A stretch of DNA of 64,000 nucleotides from Propionibacteriaceae bacterium (GTDB lineage: Bacteria; Actinomycetota; Actinomycetes; Propionibacteriales; Propionibacteriaceae). Where the stretch lies: positions 1,417 to 65,416 of the forward strand of contig DASTIW010000006.1 in assembly GCA_035717205.1 (NCBI GenBank), read 5' to 3'. The translations under genes and the position numbers were made by a program. Under the pieces are notes generated by a model. The model saw only the letters and a program-made list of their open reading frames with translations, ran no database searches and was not told the DNA's origin. This document shows positions 9,704 through 19,248 of this stretch, one piece after another. Every line of letters begins with the position of its first letter. Position 1 is the stretch's first letter.

Positions 9704-11244
9704 CCGACCCTGCCCAGCCGACCAGCCCGGCGCGCATGCACGAGACCGCCGAGTCAACTCAGGGCGCCTCCTGGACCGGAAGCGGCCGAGGACCGCTGGT
9801 GGTCGTCGGCGACTCCCTGCTGGACGTGGACCTGGTGGGAACCGCCGACCGGCTCAGCCCGGAAGCCCCGGTGCCGGTCGTTGACGTCGCCCAGCGGCTG
9901 AACCGCCCCGGCGGCGCCGCGCTGGCCGCGCTGATGGCTGCCCGGAGCGGCTCGGAGGTCGTGCTGATCACGGCACTGGCCGGGGACGAGGCGGCGCGGC
10001 TGCTGCTGACCCTGCTGCCGGGTGTCGAGGTCGTGCCCATCCCGCTTCAGGGCCGGACGGTGTGCAAGACCCGAGTCCGGGCATCCGGACAGCCGATGCT
10101 GCGGCTCGACTGCGGTAACGGCAGGGCGGCGAACCTGCCGCTACCGGACCGGGCGGTCCAGCTACTGGCCGAGGCCGGAGCCATCCTGGTCTCCGACTAC
10201 GGCCGCGGGGTCACCGCCATCGACAGCCTGCGAGCCGAGCTTGCGCAGCAGACACGGCGGATCCCGGTGGTCTGGGACCCCCATCCGCTCGGCACGACGC
10301 CGGTTGCCGGCATCGCGCTGGCAACCCCCAATGCGGCAGAGGACGCGGCGCAGGCTCGAGCGGACGCAGGCATCGCCGTGCACTCCACCGCCGGGGTGCA
10401 GCACAGCGCATCCGATCCGAGTAGCGCGGAGATGCGGTGCCGGCGGTGGCATGCCGCCGCGGTCGCGGTCACGGCGGGGGAGCAGGGGGCACTGCTGAGT
10501 CAGAGGTCCACCGGCGCGCCGACCCGGGTGCCGGTTCCCGAGCACGTCGCGTGGACTTCGCCCCAGCCGCCGGACACCTGCGGCGCCGGCGACCGGTTCG
10601 CCAGCGCCGCGGCTGTCGCGCTGCGCAACGGGGCGACTGTGCTCGACGCCGTCCGGTCCGGCGTCGAGGAGGCCACCCGGTACGTCTTCGACGGCGCAGC
10701 GGCAACCCTGTCCAGTGGCGGGGACCCACATGCGCTGGTGGTCGGCGAGGACCGTCCAGCCGTGACGGAGGCGGCGACGACGGCCGCCGACCTGCAGGCG
10801 CTGGCGCAGCAGGTCCGCCGGCGCGGCGGTCGGGTGGTCGCTACCGGCGGCTGCTTCGACCTGCTGCACCGCGGACACCTGGCGCTGCTGGAGCATGCCC
10901 GGGCGCTGGGGGACGCGCTGGTGGTCTGCCTGAACTCAGACGCGTCGGTCCGCCGAGCCAAGGGAGCTGACCGGCCGGTGATGTCCCAGCAGGACCGGGC
11001 ACGTCTGCTGAATGCGCTCGCGGTGGTCGACGCCGTGATCATCTTCGACGAGGACACCCCGGTACGGCTGCTGGCCGAGCTCAGACCCGATATCTGGGTC
11101 AAGGGCAGTGACTACGCCGGCAGGGAGCTACCGGAGGAGTCCGTAGTGCAGCGGTACGGCGGTCAGATCGTGCTGGTCCCGACCGTACCGGGCTACTCGA
11201 CCAGCCACCTCGTCTCCACGGTTCGGCTCACCGCAACGCAGTGA
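9700..11244 (+). CDS. hldE: Bifunctional heptose-7-phosphate kinase / heptose-1-phosphate nucleotidyltransferase (HldE/RfaE-like)
   Basis: PfkB part: GDSLLD, RLSPEAPVPVV, PGGAA, SDYGRG, DTCGAGD. Transferase part: GCFDLLHRGH, LNSDASVRRAKGADRP, FDEDTP, VKGSDY, GYSTS. Confidence 0.92.
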   Translation: MTDPAQPTSPARMHETAESTQGASWTGSGRGPLVVVGDSLLDVDLVGTADRLSPEAPVPVVDVAQRLNRPGGAALAALMAARSGSEVVLITALAGDEAARLLLTLLPGVEVVPIPLQGRTVCKTRVRASGQPMLRLDCGNGRAANLPLPDRAVQLLAEAGAILVSDYGRGVTAIDSLRAELAQQTRRIPVVWDPHPLGTTPVAGIALATPNAAEDAAQARADAGIAVHSTAGVQHSASDPSSAEMRCRRWHAAAVAVTAGEQGALLSQRSTGAPTRVPVPEHVAWTSPQPPDTCGAGDRFASAAAVALRNGATVLDAVRSGVEEATRYVFDGAAATLSSGGDPHALVVGEDRPAVTEAATTAADLQALAQQVRRRGGRVVATGGCFDLLHRGHLALLEHARALGDALVVCLNSDASVRRAKGADRPVMSQQDRARLLNALAVVDAVIIFDEDTPVRLLAELRPDIWVKGSDYAGRELPEESVVQRYGGQIVLVPTVPGYSTSHLVSTVRLTATQ

Positions 11245-11290
11245 ACCACACCGCGGCCCGAAAGATGACACATCACCACAGGAGGATTCG

Positions 11291-12025
11291 ATGAACACCA
11301 CCACGCTGGCGGCGGCTGAGCCCGTCGCCTCCGCACCACCCAAGCTCGGTACCATCCTGGTCACCGGCGGCGCCTCGGGCCTGGGAGCGGCCACCGTGGA
11401 GGCGGTGCTGGCCCACGGCGGTACGCCGCTGGTGCTGGACCGTGCCACGCCGCGGGACGGCGTCGAGGCCCAGCAGGTGGATCTGTCGGACTCTGCGGCC
11501 GCCGAGCGGGCGGTCCGCGAGATCGTTGCCGCAAACGGAAATCGGCTGGACGGCGTCTTCACCGCGGCGGGCATCGACTCCTGCGGGCCGCTGGACGGCG
11601 TCAGCACCGAGGACTGGGAACGGGTGCTGCGGGTCAACCTGTTCGGAACTGCCGCAGTCGTCCGAGCGGCGCTGCCCTACCTGCGCGAGTCACAGGGGCG
11701 GGTGGTCACCTGCGCTTCGACGCTGGGCATCAAGGCGGTCGGCGACGCGACCGCGTACTGCGCCTCCAAGTTCGGCGTGGTGGGCTTCACCCGAGCACTG
11801 GCTGCCGAGACGGCCGGATCGGTCGGCGTAACGTTGCTGATCCCCGGAGGCATGCACACCGCGTTCTTCGACGACCGGACCCCGCAGTACAAGCCGCCTG
11901 CTGACGCCCGGCTCAACCAGCCCGCCGACGTCGCCGCCGCCGTCGTCTTCGCCCTCAGCCAGCCCGCGGGCTGCGAAATCCGTGAGCTGGTCGTGTGCTG
12001 CTCGACCGAGTCGTCATGGCCCTGA
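11291..12025 (+). CDS. SDR family oxidoreductase
   Basis: TGGASGLG, AAG, YCASK (YxxxK); SD GGAGG upstream. Confidence 0.92.
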   Translation: MNTTTLAAAEPVASAPPKLGTILVTGGASGLGAATVEAVLAHGGTPLVLDRATPRDGVEAQQVDLSDSAAAERAVREIVAANGNRLDGVFTAAGIDSCGPLDGVSTEDWERVLRVNLFGTAAVVRAALPYLRESQGRVVTCASTLGIKAVGDATAYCASKFGVVGFTRALAAETAGSVGVTLLIPGGMHTAFFDDRTPQYKPPADARLNQPADVAAAVVFALSQPAGCEIRELVVCCSTESSWP

Positions 12026-12047
12026 CCGGTCCGCGAAGTGCCGCAGG

Positions 12048-13052
12048 GTGACCCCTGCTGATCGCCGTCCGGTGCGTCGCGCGCTGGTGCTGCGGGCGCT
12101 CGGCCTGGGTGACCTGCTGACCGCAGTACCGGCGCTCCGCGCCATTCGGCGCGCGTTCGCCGGGGCCGAGGTGACCCTGGCGTGTCCGCGGGTCCTGCAG
12201 CCGCTGGTCGAGCTGACCGAATCGGTGGACCGGCTCGTGGACGTCCCCGGGCTGGGCGCCCTCGGGCAGCCCGACCCGACTCCTGATCTGGTGGTCAACC
12301 TGCACGGGCGCGGCCCAGAGAGCATCCGCGACCTGATGGGTACCGGTGCCGCCGAGGTATGGTCGCACCGGCACCCGGAGTTTCCGCGGCTCGATGGCCC
12401 GACCTGGCGAGCCGACGAGCATGAGGTCCAGCGGTGGTGTCGGCTGCTGGAGCACTACGGGGTGCTCGCCGACCCGGCGGAGCTGACGATCGCCCGGCCT
12501 GCCCGGGCGAGTCCGGCTGCCGGCGCCGTCGTGGTTCATCCGGGCGCCAAGGACCCCGCTCGGCGCTGGCCCGTCGACCGGTTCGCGACGGTGGCCCGGG
12601 CCCTGGCGGACCGCGGCTACCGGGTGGTGCTGACCGGATCCACCGCGGAGCGGCCGTTGGCCGGCCAGCTCGCCGAGCTGGCTGGACTGGGCCCCGAGGC
12701 AGTGCTGGCCGGGAAGCTGGACCTGGCGCAGCTGGCGGCCCTGGTCGCCGACGCCCGACTGGTGGTGTGCGGTGACACCGGCGTCGCCCATCTGGCCAGC
12801 GCCTATGCGACGCCCTCGGTGCTGCTGTTCGGTCCGACCCCGCCGAGTCTGTGGGGACCACCCGAGAGTGGCCCGCACGTCGTGCTGTGGTCTGGCCGGG
12901 CGGGCGACCCGCACGCCCGCACACCCGACACCGGCCTGCTGGAGCTCAGCCCGACCGACGTCCTGTCCGCCCTCCCGACGGACTCCGAGCTCGCACCCCC
13001 ATCCCAACCCAAGAGCCCCACCACGCAGCCCGCGAGGTCGGCGCACGGCTGA
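12048..13052 (+). CDS. Second glycosyltransferase family 9 protein
   Basis: LRALGLGDLLTA, VHPGAKDPARRWP, GDTGVAHLASAYATPSVLLFGPT; start at GTG 12048 inferred. Confidence 0.9.
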   Translation: MTPADRRPVRRALVLRALGLGDLLTAVPALRAIRRAFAGAEVTLACPRVLQPLVELTESVDRLVDVPGLGALGQPDPTPDLVVNLHGRGPESIRDLMGTGAAEVWSHRHPEFPRLDGPTWRADEHEVQRWCRLLEHYGVLADPAELTIARPARASPAAGAVVVHPGAKDPARRWPVDRFATVARALADRGYRVVLTGSTAERPLAGQLAELAGLGPEAVLAGKLDLAQLAALVADARLVVCGDTGVAHLASAYATPSVLLFGPTPPSLWGPPESGPHVVLWSGRAGDPHARTPDTGLLELSPTDVLSALPTDSELAPPSQPKSPTTQPARSAHG

Positions 13053-13077
13053 GCGTGCGTGTGATCCGGCAGGGCTG

Positions 13078-14778
13078 TCAGGTGGTCGACGGCTGACCAA
13101 GAGCGGACGCGATCTCGGTCCTCGCCCGCTGCAGCAGGTCCCGGGCCTGTCGCCGCGCCGCCACCAGGTCGGCACTGAGAGCCGGCGGCATCCGGGCCTC
13201 CAGGTAGCACTTGAGCTTCGGCTCGGTGCCCGACGGCCGAACAACCACCGACAGCCGCTCGCCGACCAGCCGTACCGCGTCAGTTGGCGGCAGGTCCGCC
13301 GAGCCGGCGGCGAGATCCAGCACCTCAACCGGATCGCCGACCAGCGAGGAGGGCGGTTGCGCCCTTAGCCGGCTCATGGCGTCGGCGATAATGCCCAGGT
13401 CGGTCACCCGGACCGAGAGCTGATCGGTCTCATGGACCCCATACGATCGGGCGACCTCGTCCAGACGGTCGGCCAGGCTGAGGCCGGCACTCTTCAGCTC
13501 GGCGGCCAGGGCGAGCACGCGGAGCAGCGCCGAGATGCCGTCCTTGTCCGCAACGGCGGCCGGGTCGACGCAGAACCCGAGTGCCTCCTCGTACCCGAAC
13601 ACCAAGCCGGGCACCCGGGCGATCCACTTGAACCCGGTCAGGGTGCACGCGAACGGCTGACCGTACGCGGCTGCCATCTTCGCAAGCAGTGCGCTCGAGA
13701 CGATCGAGCAGGCGTAGGTTCCCCGCATCCCTCGGCGCAGGGCGTCGTCGGCCAGCAAGGAGCCGAGCTCGTCACCGCGGAGCATCCGCCATCGCCCGTC
13801 AATGGGCACCGCGGCCGCGCAGCGGTCAGCGTCGGGGTCATTCGCCACCACCAGGTCCACGTTCTCGGCCACCGCCTGCGTCAAGGCCAGGTCCAAAGCG
13901 CCGGGCTCCTCCGGGTTCGGGAAGGCCACCGTCGGGAAGGTCGCGTCCGGCTGCGCCTGCTCCGCCACCATGCTCGGCTGACCGAACCCGGCTCCCCGGA
14001 CAGCGCGTGCGACCACTTCGGCGCCGACGCCGTGCAACGGCGTGTACACCCAGGAGACTCGACGGGGCGCGCTCGCCGGAACCAGCGCCGCGACCCGGTC
14101 GAGGTAAGCCTGCACGAGCTCGTCACCGAGAACCGTGTAGGTGGCCGAACGCGGAATCGCGCTCAACGGCTGCCGGGTGGCCGTCTCGATCTGCTCGGCT
14201 ATCCTCCGGTCCACCGGATCCACGATCTGGCAGCCGTCGCCCAGGTACACCTTGTAGCCGTTGTCCCGCGGCGGATTGTGTGACGCCGTCACCACCACCG
14301 CGGCCACGCAGCCAAGCTGGCGGATGCCGAACGCGATCACCGGTGTGGGTATCGGCGCGCTCGTCAACAACGGGTCGAAGCCGGCGCCCGCCATGACCTC
14401 GGCGGTGTCGGCTGCGAAGACGTCTGACTTGTGCCGTGCATCGAACCCGATCAGCACCCGCCCGCCGGCCAGCCCCTGCTGGCGCAGGTACGCCGCGAGC
14501 CCGGCGGCGGTCTGAGTGACGACCACCCGATTCATCCGGTTCGGCCCGGGTCCGAGCGGCCCACGAAGGCCGGCCGTTCCGAACCTCAGCCGACCTGAGA
14601 ACGCGTCGACCAGCTCGGCTTCCGCGTGCGGATCGCCGGCATTCGCCTTCGCTGTCAGATCGGTGAGCATCGCGGTGGTATCAGGGTCGGGATCTTCGAC
14701 TCGCCACCGGTCGATCCGTGCCCGGAGCTCCGCGGACCACGCCGGTCTGCCGGGGTCCGTCCCGACTGCTCGGGTCAC
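13078..14778 (-). CDS. Phospho-sugar mutase (phosphomannomutase/phosphoglucomutase family)
   Basis: FGTAGLRG, TASHNP (phospho-Ser), DPDADR (metal loop), GYEEALG, RPSGTEPKLK. Confidence 0.95.
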   Translation of the reverse strand: MTRAVGTDPGRPAWSAELRARIDRWRVEDPDPDTTAMLTDLTAKANAGDPHAEAELVDAFSGRLRFGTAGLRGPLGPGPNRMNRVVVTQTAAGLAAYLRQQGLAGGRVLIGFDARHKSDVFAADTAEVMAGAGFDPLLTSAPIPTPVIAFGIRQLGCVAAVVVTASHNPPRDNGYKVYLGDGCQIVDPVDRRIAEQIETATRQPLSAIPRSATYTVLGDELVQAYLDRVAALVPASAPRRVSWVYTPLHGVGAEVVARAVRGAGFGQPSMVAEQAQPDATFPTVAFPNPEEPGALDLALTQAVAENVDLVVANDPDADRCAAAVPIDGRWRMLRGDELGSLLADDALRRGMRGTYACSIVSSALLAKMAAAYGQPFACTLTGFKWIARVPGLVFGYEEALGFCVDPAAVADKDGISALLRVLALAAELKSAGLSLADRLDEVARSYGVHETDQLSVRVTDLGIIADAMSRLRAQPPSSLVGDPVEVLDLAAGSADLPPTDAVRLVGERLSVVVRPSGTEPKLKCYLEARMPPALSADLVAARRQARDLLQRARTEIASALGQPSTT

Positions 14779-15569
14779 AGCACGGCCGCCAGACCGGTGA
14801 GCAGCTGCCGCAGCCGGGGTGCCGCGGCGAGGCCGGCTTCGATCACCTCACGGTGATGCAGCGGGGTCGGCGAGATGCCCGCCGCCAGGTTCGTCACCAA
14901 GGAGATCGCCAGCACCTGCAGGCCCGCCTCGCGGGCGGCGATGGCCTCCAGCGACGTTGACATGCCGACCAGGTCGCCGCCGAGGACGCCGGCCATTCGC
15001 ACCTCCGCGGGCGTCTCGTACTGGGGTCCACGGAACTGCACGTACACCGCGTCGGCCAGCGTCGGGTCGACAGTCCGCGCCAGCTCGCGCAGTCGCGGCG
15101 GGTAGACGTCGGTCATGTCGATAAACGTCGGGCCGTGCAGCGGGCTGGTTCCGGTCAGGTTGATGTGATCGCGGATCAACACCGGTGTGCCCGGTGCCCA
15201 GTCCGCTCGCAGGCCGCCGCTGCCGTTGGTGAGCACGACAAGGGAGGCCCCGGCGGCGGCCGCCGTCCGGACCCCGTGTACCACCGAGTCGACGCCGCGT
15301 TCCTCGTACAGGTGGGTACGGCCGGTGAACACCGCCGCGGTCCTACCCGCCGGTGTGCGCACCACTCGCAGCTCGCCGCCTTGACCCGCCACCACGGGTG
15401 CCGCGAAATGCGGCAGATCGCCGAGCTGGCAGCCGCCGATCACGCTTCCCAGATCATCGGCGGCCGCGGACCATCCTGATCCGAGCACGAACGAGATGTC
15501 GATCCGCGTCAACCCGAAGAGCGCGAGCAGTGCCTGCCCGCTCTCCGCGGCACGCTCATGCGCGGCCAC
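14775..15569 (-). CDS. punA: Purine-nucleoside phosphorylase
   Basis: VLGSGW, GRTHLYE, LTNGSGG, DHINLTG, GPQYETPAE, VGMST, LVTNLAAG; GTG 15569 with GGAAGG SD inferred as start. Confidence 0.93.
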   Translation of the reverse strand: MAAHERAAESGQALLALFGLTRIDISFVLGSGWSAAADDLGSVIGGCQLGDLPHFAAPVVAGQGGELRVVRTPAGRTAAVFTGRTHLYEERGVDSVVHGVRTAAAAGASLVVLTNGSGGLRADWAPGTPVLIRDHINLTGTSPLHGPTFIDMTDVYPPRLRELARTVDPTLADAVYVQFRGPQYETPAEVRMAGVLGGDLVGMSTSLEAIAAREAGLQVLAISLVTNLAAGISPTPLHHREVIEAGLAAAPRLRQLLTGLAAVL

Positions 15570-15651
15570 CGTTGGCCTTCCCGGACTGACCTGAGCGTGC
15601 TCTACCGCCGGCCTGGTGGGCCCGGGACTTCCGGCTGCTGCGGCAGGGCCG

Positions 15652-16092
15652 TCACCAGCCACTGGCGCAGTCCCGGGAACGCAGCTCCTTGACGTAGTCG
15701 TCGGGCGCCCCGGCGACCTCCGCGGCGTCTGCCAGCAGGCCGAGGGTCCGAGCACTCGGACGGCCGCCCTCGAAGTCGTTCAGCACGTACACCCAGGCAC
15801 CCGGCTCACCCTCCAGGGTCGCGATCCGCAGCCGCACCTTGCGGTACAGCCCGGTGTCGGCGCTCTCCCACTGGTCCAGGGACTGCTCATCGGCGTCGGT
15901 GACGTCGTACAGCGCGACGAAGACCTGCGAGCCGGGATCCTCCACCAGGGTCGGCAGGGCGCCATCCCAACCCTCCCCGCCGAAGGTGATTCGCCAACCG
16001 GTCAACCACCCGGTGCCCTGCAGCGGAGAGTGCGGGCAGCGTCGCGCCATCTGCTGAGGGTCCAGGTTGCTCCCGTAAGCGGCATACAGCAC
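15652..16092 (-). CDS. Gamma-glutamylcyclotransferase-like protein
   Basis: YAAYGSNL motif; conserved position divergent from lpdA. Confidence 0.85.
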   Translation of the reverse strand: MLYAAYGSNLDPQQMARRCPHSPLQGTGWLTGWRITFGGEGWDGALPTLVEDPGSQVFVALYDVTDADEQSLDQWESADTGLYRKVRLRIATLEGEPGAWVYVLNDFEGGRPSARTLGLLADAAEVAGAPDDYVKELRSRDCASGW

Positions 16093-16124
16093 AGGAGGGA
16101 GGCTACCGGCTCCGGCGTGGAAGA

Positions 16125-17549
16125 ATGCGGACCGTGACCCGTGTAGTGATCGTCGGTGGTGGGCCCGGAGGCTACGAGGCAGCGCTGGTCGGCAGCCAGC
16201 TCGGTGGCGAGGTCACCCTGATCGACACCGATGGGCTGGGTGGGTCTGCGGTCCTGACCGACTGCGTGCCGTCCAAGACGCTGATCGCGACGGCCGAGGT
16301 GATGAGCGAGGTCAAGGGCTCCGCCGAGCTCGGGCTGCGCTTCGGGCCGTCCGGTGAAGGCTCGGTGCAATCCAACGTGCACGTGGACCTGGCCGCGGTC
16401 AACCGGCGGGTGCTGGAGCTCGCCCGGGCTCAGTCGCAGGACATCGGTGCCCAGCTGGAGCGGGAAGGCGTCCGAGTGATTACCGGCTGTGGCCGGATGG
16501 ACGGCCCGGAACGAGTGATCGCCACCACCGACGCGGGTGAGGAGTCCCTGGACGCCGACGTCGTGCTGATCTCGACGGGTGCCCATCCCCGGATCCTGCC
16601 CGAGGCGGTGCCCGACGGCGAACGCATCCTCACCTGGACCCAGGTGTACGAGCTGACCGAGCTGCCGAGGCGGCTGATCGTGGTGGGCTCAGGCGTCACC
16701 GGAGCAGAGTTCGCCAGCGCCTACGACGCCTTGGGCGCGGACGTGGTGCTGGTGTCCTCCCGCGACCGCGTGCTGCCGGGTGAGGATGCCGACGCAGCTC
16801 AGGTGCTGGAGGATGTCTTCACCCGCCGCGGGATGACGGTGATGTCGCGCTCGCGGGCGCAGTCGGTGACCCGGAACGGCGATGAGGTCACCGTGTCCCT
16901 CACCGATGGCCGGTCGGTCACCGGCTCCCACTGCCTGCTCGCCGTCGGGTCGATCCCCAACACGGCCGACATCGGCCTGCCCGAGGCGGGCGTCGAGCTG
17001 GACCGCGGCGGCTACATCCAGGTCGACCGGGTGTCGCGCACCTCGGCCCGCGGGGTCTACGCTGCGGGAGACTGTACCGGCGTCTTCATGCTGGCTTCGG
17101 TGGCCGCGATGCAGGGACGGATCGCGATGTGGCATTCCCTTGGCGACGCGGTCGCGCCGCTCAACTTGCGAAACGTCTCGTCCAACGTCTTCACCGCGCC
17201 CGAGATCGCCACCGTCGGCGCCACCCAGGCGCAGGTCGATGCGGGTGAGGTGCGCGCCATCAGCGTGACCCTGCCGTTGAAGGGCAACCCGCGCGCGAAG
17301 ATGCAGGGCATCCGGGACGGCTTCGTCAAGCTCTTCTGCCTGCCCGCGACCGGCATTGTGGTCGGGGGAGTGGTGGTGGCGCCGCGAGCCAGCGAGCTGA
17401 TCCACCCGTTGTCGGTCGCGGTGGCCGAACGCATCACCGTCGACCAGTTGGCCGGCTCGTTCACCGTCTATCCCTCGCTGTCCGGCTCGGTCGCCGAATC
17501 CGCCCGGAGGCTGCACGGGCACAGCATCGCCCAGCTCACGTCCTCCTGA
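16125..17549 (+). CDS. lpdA: NAD(P)H-quinone dehydrogenase (LpdA flavoprotein disulfide reductase); start may be GTG 16134
   Basis: GGGPGG, GGSAVLTDCVPSK (only one Cys of the redox pair, as in LpdA), GSGVTGAEFA, YAAGD, TVYPSLS. Confidence 0.92.
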   Translation: MRTVTRVVIVGGGPGGYEAALVGSQLGGEVTLIDTDGLGGSAVLTDCVPSKTLIATAEVMSEVKGSAELGLRFGPSGEGSVQSNVHVDLAAVNRRVLELARAQSQDIGAQLEREGVRVITGCGRMDGPERVIATTDAGEESLDADVVLISTGAHPRILPEAVPDGERILTWTQVYELTELPRRLIVVGSGVTGAEFASAYDALGADVVLVSSRDRVLPGEDADAAQVLEDVFTRRGMTVMSRSRAQSVTRNGDEVTVSLTDGRSVTGSHCLLAVGSIPNTADIGLPEAGVELDRGGYIQVDRVSRTSARGVYAAGDCTGVFMLASVAAMQGRIAMWHSLGDAVAPLNLRNVSSNVFTAPEIATVGATQAQVDAGEVRAISVTLPLKGNPRAKMQGIRDGFVKLFCLPATGIVVGGVVVAPRASELIHPLSVAVAERITVDQLAGSFTVYPSLSGSVAESARRLHGHSIAQLTSS

Positions 17550-17602
17550 TCTGCGGCTCGGGTGTCGGCGTCGCAGTGGAGCGCCCGGGTACGGTCGATG
17601 TC

Positions 17603-18559
17603 GTGCACGTCTCCACCGTGACCAGCGCCCTCACCGTCGACGACACCCTCACCGTCGACGACACCCTCACCGTCGACGAGGCCGTTACCGTCGACGAGGC
17701 CGTTACCGTCGACGAGACACTCACCGCGGACAGAGCGCTCACCGTGGCGGCTGAGCTCTTGCGGGGCCGCAGCTGGGTGGCGCTGACCGGTGCCGGCATC
17801 TCCACCGACAGCGGCATTCCGGACTATCGCGGTCCGACGTCGGTGCGGGCCACTCCGATGATGTACGGGGAGTTCGTCGGCTCAAGGTCGGCCCAGCAGC
17901 GGTACTGGGCACGCTCGTACCTGGGCTGGCGGCGGATCGGCACCGCCGCACCCAACCTCGGACATCGGGCCCTGGTCCAGCTGGAGCGACACGGGCTGGT
18001 CGGGGTGATCACGCAGAACGTCGACGGTCTGCACCGCCGGGCGGGCAGCCGCCGGGTGATCGAGCTGCACGGTGAGATCGCTGCCGTCGTCTGCCTGGAC
18101 TGCGGTGCCCGGTCGCCGCGAGCGGATGTGCAGCGTCGGCTGGCGCTCCTCAACCCCGATCTCGGCGAGGCGCCGGTGCTCGAGCATGCCGAGCTTCGCC
18201 CCGACGGCGACGCGGTGGTGGAGGACTGGCAGGACTTCGTGCTGGCCGACTGCTTGGGCTGCGGTGGACGGCTCAAGCCGGATGTGGTCTTCTTCGGCGA
18301 GCCCGTGCCGAAGAACCGCGTCGCGGATTGCTACTCCCTGGTGGACCAGGCCGAGGTGCTGGTCGCGGTGGGATCGTCCTTGACCGTGATGTCCGGCCTC
18401 CGATTTGTCCGTGCGCAACGGAAGGCGCAGCGTCTGGTGGTCATCATCAACCGCGGCGCGACCCGCGGCGATGAGCTTGCCGATGTGAAGGTGAACGGCG
18501 GCTGCTCGGAGAGCCTGCTCAGCCTTCTCCATGCCTACGACACGAATCCCGCTGCCTAG
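17603..18559 (+). CDS. Sir2-family NAD-dependent deacylase (class II/SIRT4-like) with N-terminal hexapeptide repeats
   Basis: TGAGISTDSGIPDYRG, ITQNVDGLH, ELHG, CxxC...CxxC, LKPDVVFFGE, GSSLTVMSG, INRG. Start at GTG 17603 (7 nt after TACGGT) or 17576. Confidence 0.92.
   Translation: MHVSTVTSALTVDDTLTVDDTLTVDEAVTVDEAVTVDETLTADRALTVAAELLRGRSWVALTGAGISTDSGIPDYRGPTSVRATPMMYGEFVGSRSAQQRYWARSYLGWRRIGTAAPNLGHRALVQLERHGLVGVITQNVDGLHRRAGSRRVIELHGEIAAVVCLDCGARSPRADVQRRLALLNPDLGEAPVLEHAELRPDGDAVVEDWQDFVLADCLGCGGRLKPDVVFFGEPVPKNRVADCYSLVDQAEVLVAVGSSLTVMSGLRFVRAQRKAQRLVVIINRGATRGDELADVKVNGGCSESLLSLLHAYDTNPAA
17612..17755 (+). repeat. In-frame 18-bp VNTR (about 8 units) encoding (L/V)TVD(D/E)(T/A)
   Basis: ctcaccgtcgacgacacc x2, ctcaccgtcgacgaggcc, gttaccgtcgacgaggcc, gttaccgtcgacgagaca, plus degenerate flanking units. 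Confidence 0.92.
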
Positions 18560-18615
18560 GCTCGCCACGCAGCTGCGCACGCGATGCTTGCTGGCGCTGC
18601 CGGCTGCTGAGCGCG

Positions 18616-19248
18616 CTACTGCCAGGCTGCCGCGACCCGTCCGTAGGAGCGTCCGAACACTCGGGCGAGGATGAAGAGCACCGGCTTCGGGATCTCGTGC
18701 CGCACGTATGCACGCGCTTGTGGGTCGGCGTCGTCGAGAACCCACGCGAGGAAGCTGCCGGCCGAGGGCAGAGTCTGGGTCTTGCGAATGGCCTTCGACG
18801 CCTGCTTGATCTGCGGGGTGTGCGACTGCGCGAGCATCATCGGCTCGAGGTCTCGCTCCTCGTGGGCGAAGTGGCCGGTGATCACCTCCTGCAGCGTGTT
18901 GACCGCGGCCCGTGCCTTGTCGAGGGCGTCCTGGTCTGGTTCGGCCGCCAGGGCGGACATCGCTGACCGGGTGTGTGTCATGGCCTCCGCCATCCGCTCA
19001 TGCTCCCCGTTGAGGTCTGCCACCAAAGATTCGTCGGCTCCGAGCTCTCGCAGCGCCGGCCAGAAGATCGTCTCCTCGCCGTGGTGATGGTGGTACAGCT
19101 GGTCGTCAAGGTGCCGCCAGGCCGAGTTCAGCTGGTCCGCACGCTGCCGGGAGCCGACCGGGAAGGATTGCAGCGCACGCCTGAAGCGAGCGAGATCCCG
19201 CCTCACTGCCGCATGGATGACGGTGTTCATCGTCAGGTGTTCGGTCAC
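18616..19248 (-). CDS. Hemerythrin/HHE cation-binding domain protein
   Basis: HAAVRRDL, HHHHGEE, EHE, HFAHEE; start uncertain (19248 or 19230). Confidence 0.85.
   Translation of the reverse strand: MTEHLTMNTVIHAAVRRDLARFRRALQSFPVGSRQRADQLNSAWRHLDDQLYHHHHGEETIFWPALRELGADESLVADLNGEHERMAEAMTHTRSAMSALAAEPDQDALDKARAAVNTLQEVITGHFAHEERDLEPMMLAQSHTPQIKQASKAIRKTQTLPSAGSFLAWVLDDADPQARAYVRHEIPKPVLFILARVFGRSYGRVAAAWQ

Noticed and set aside
2514-13052. LPS core biosynthesis locus or Gram-negative contaminant
   Set aside because: No lipid A/Kdo genes. The cluster is GC-rich like its flanks and sits between actinobacterial-type metG and pmm/punA
17612-17755. Possible CRISPR array
   Set aside because: Units are contiguous 18-mers without unique spacers, are in frame within a CDS, and no cas genes are present
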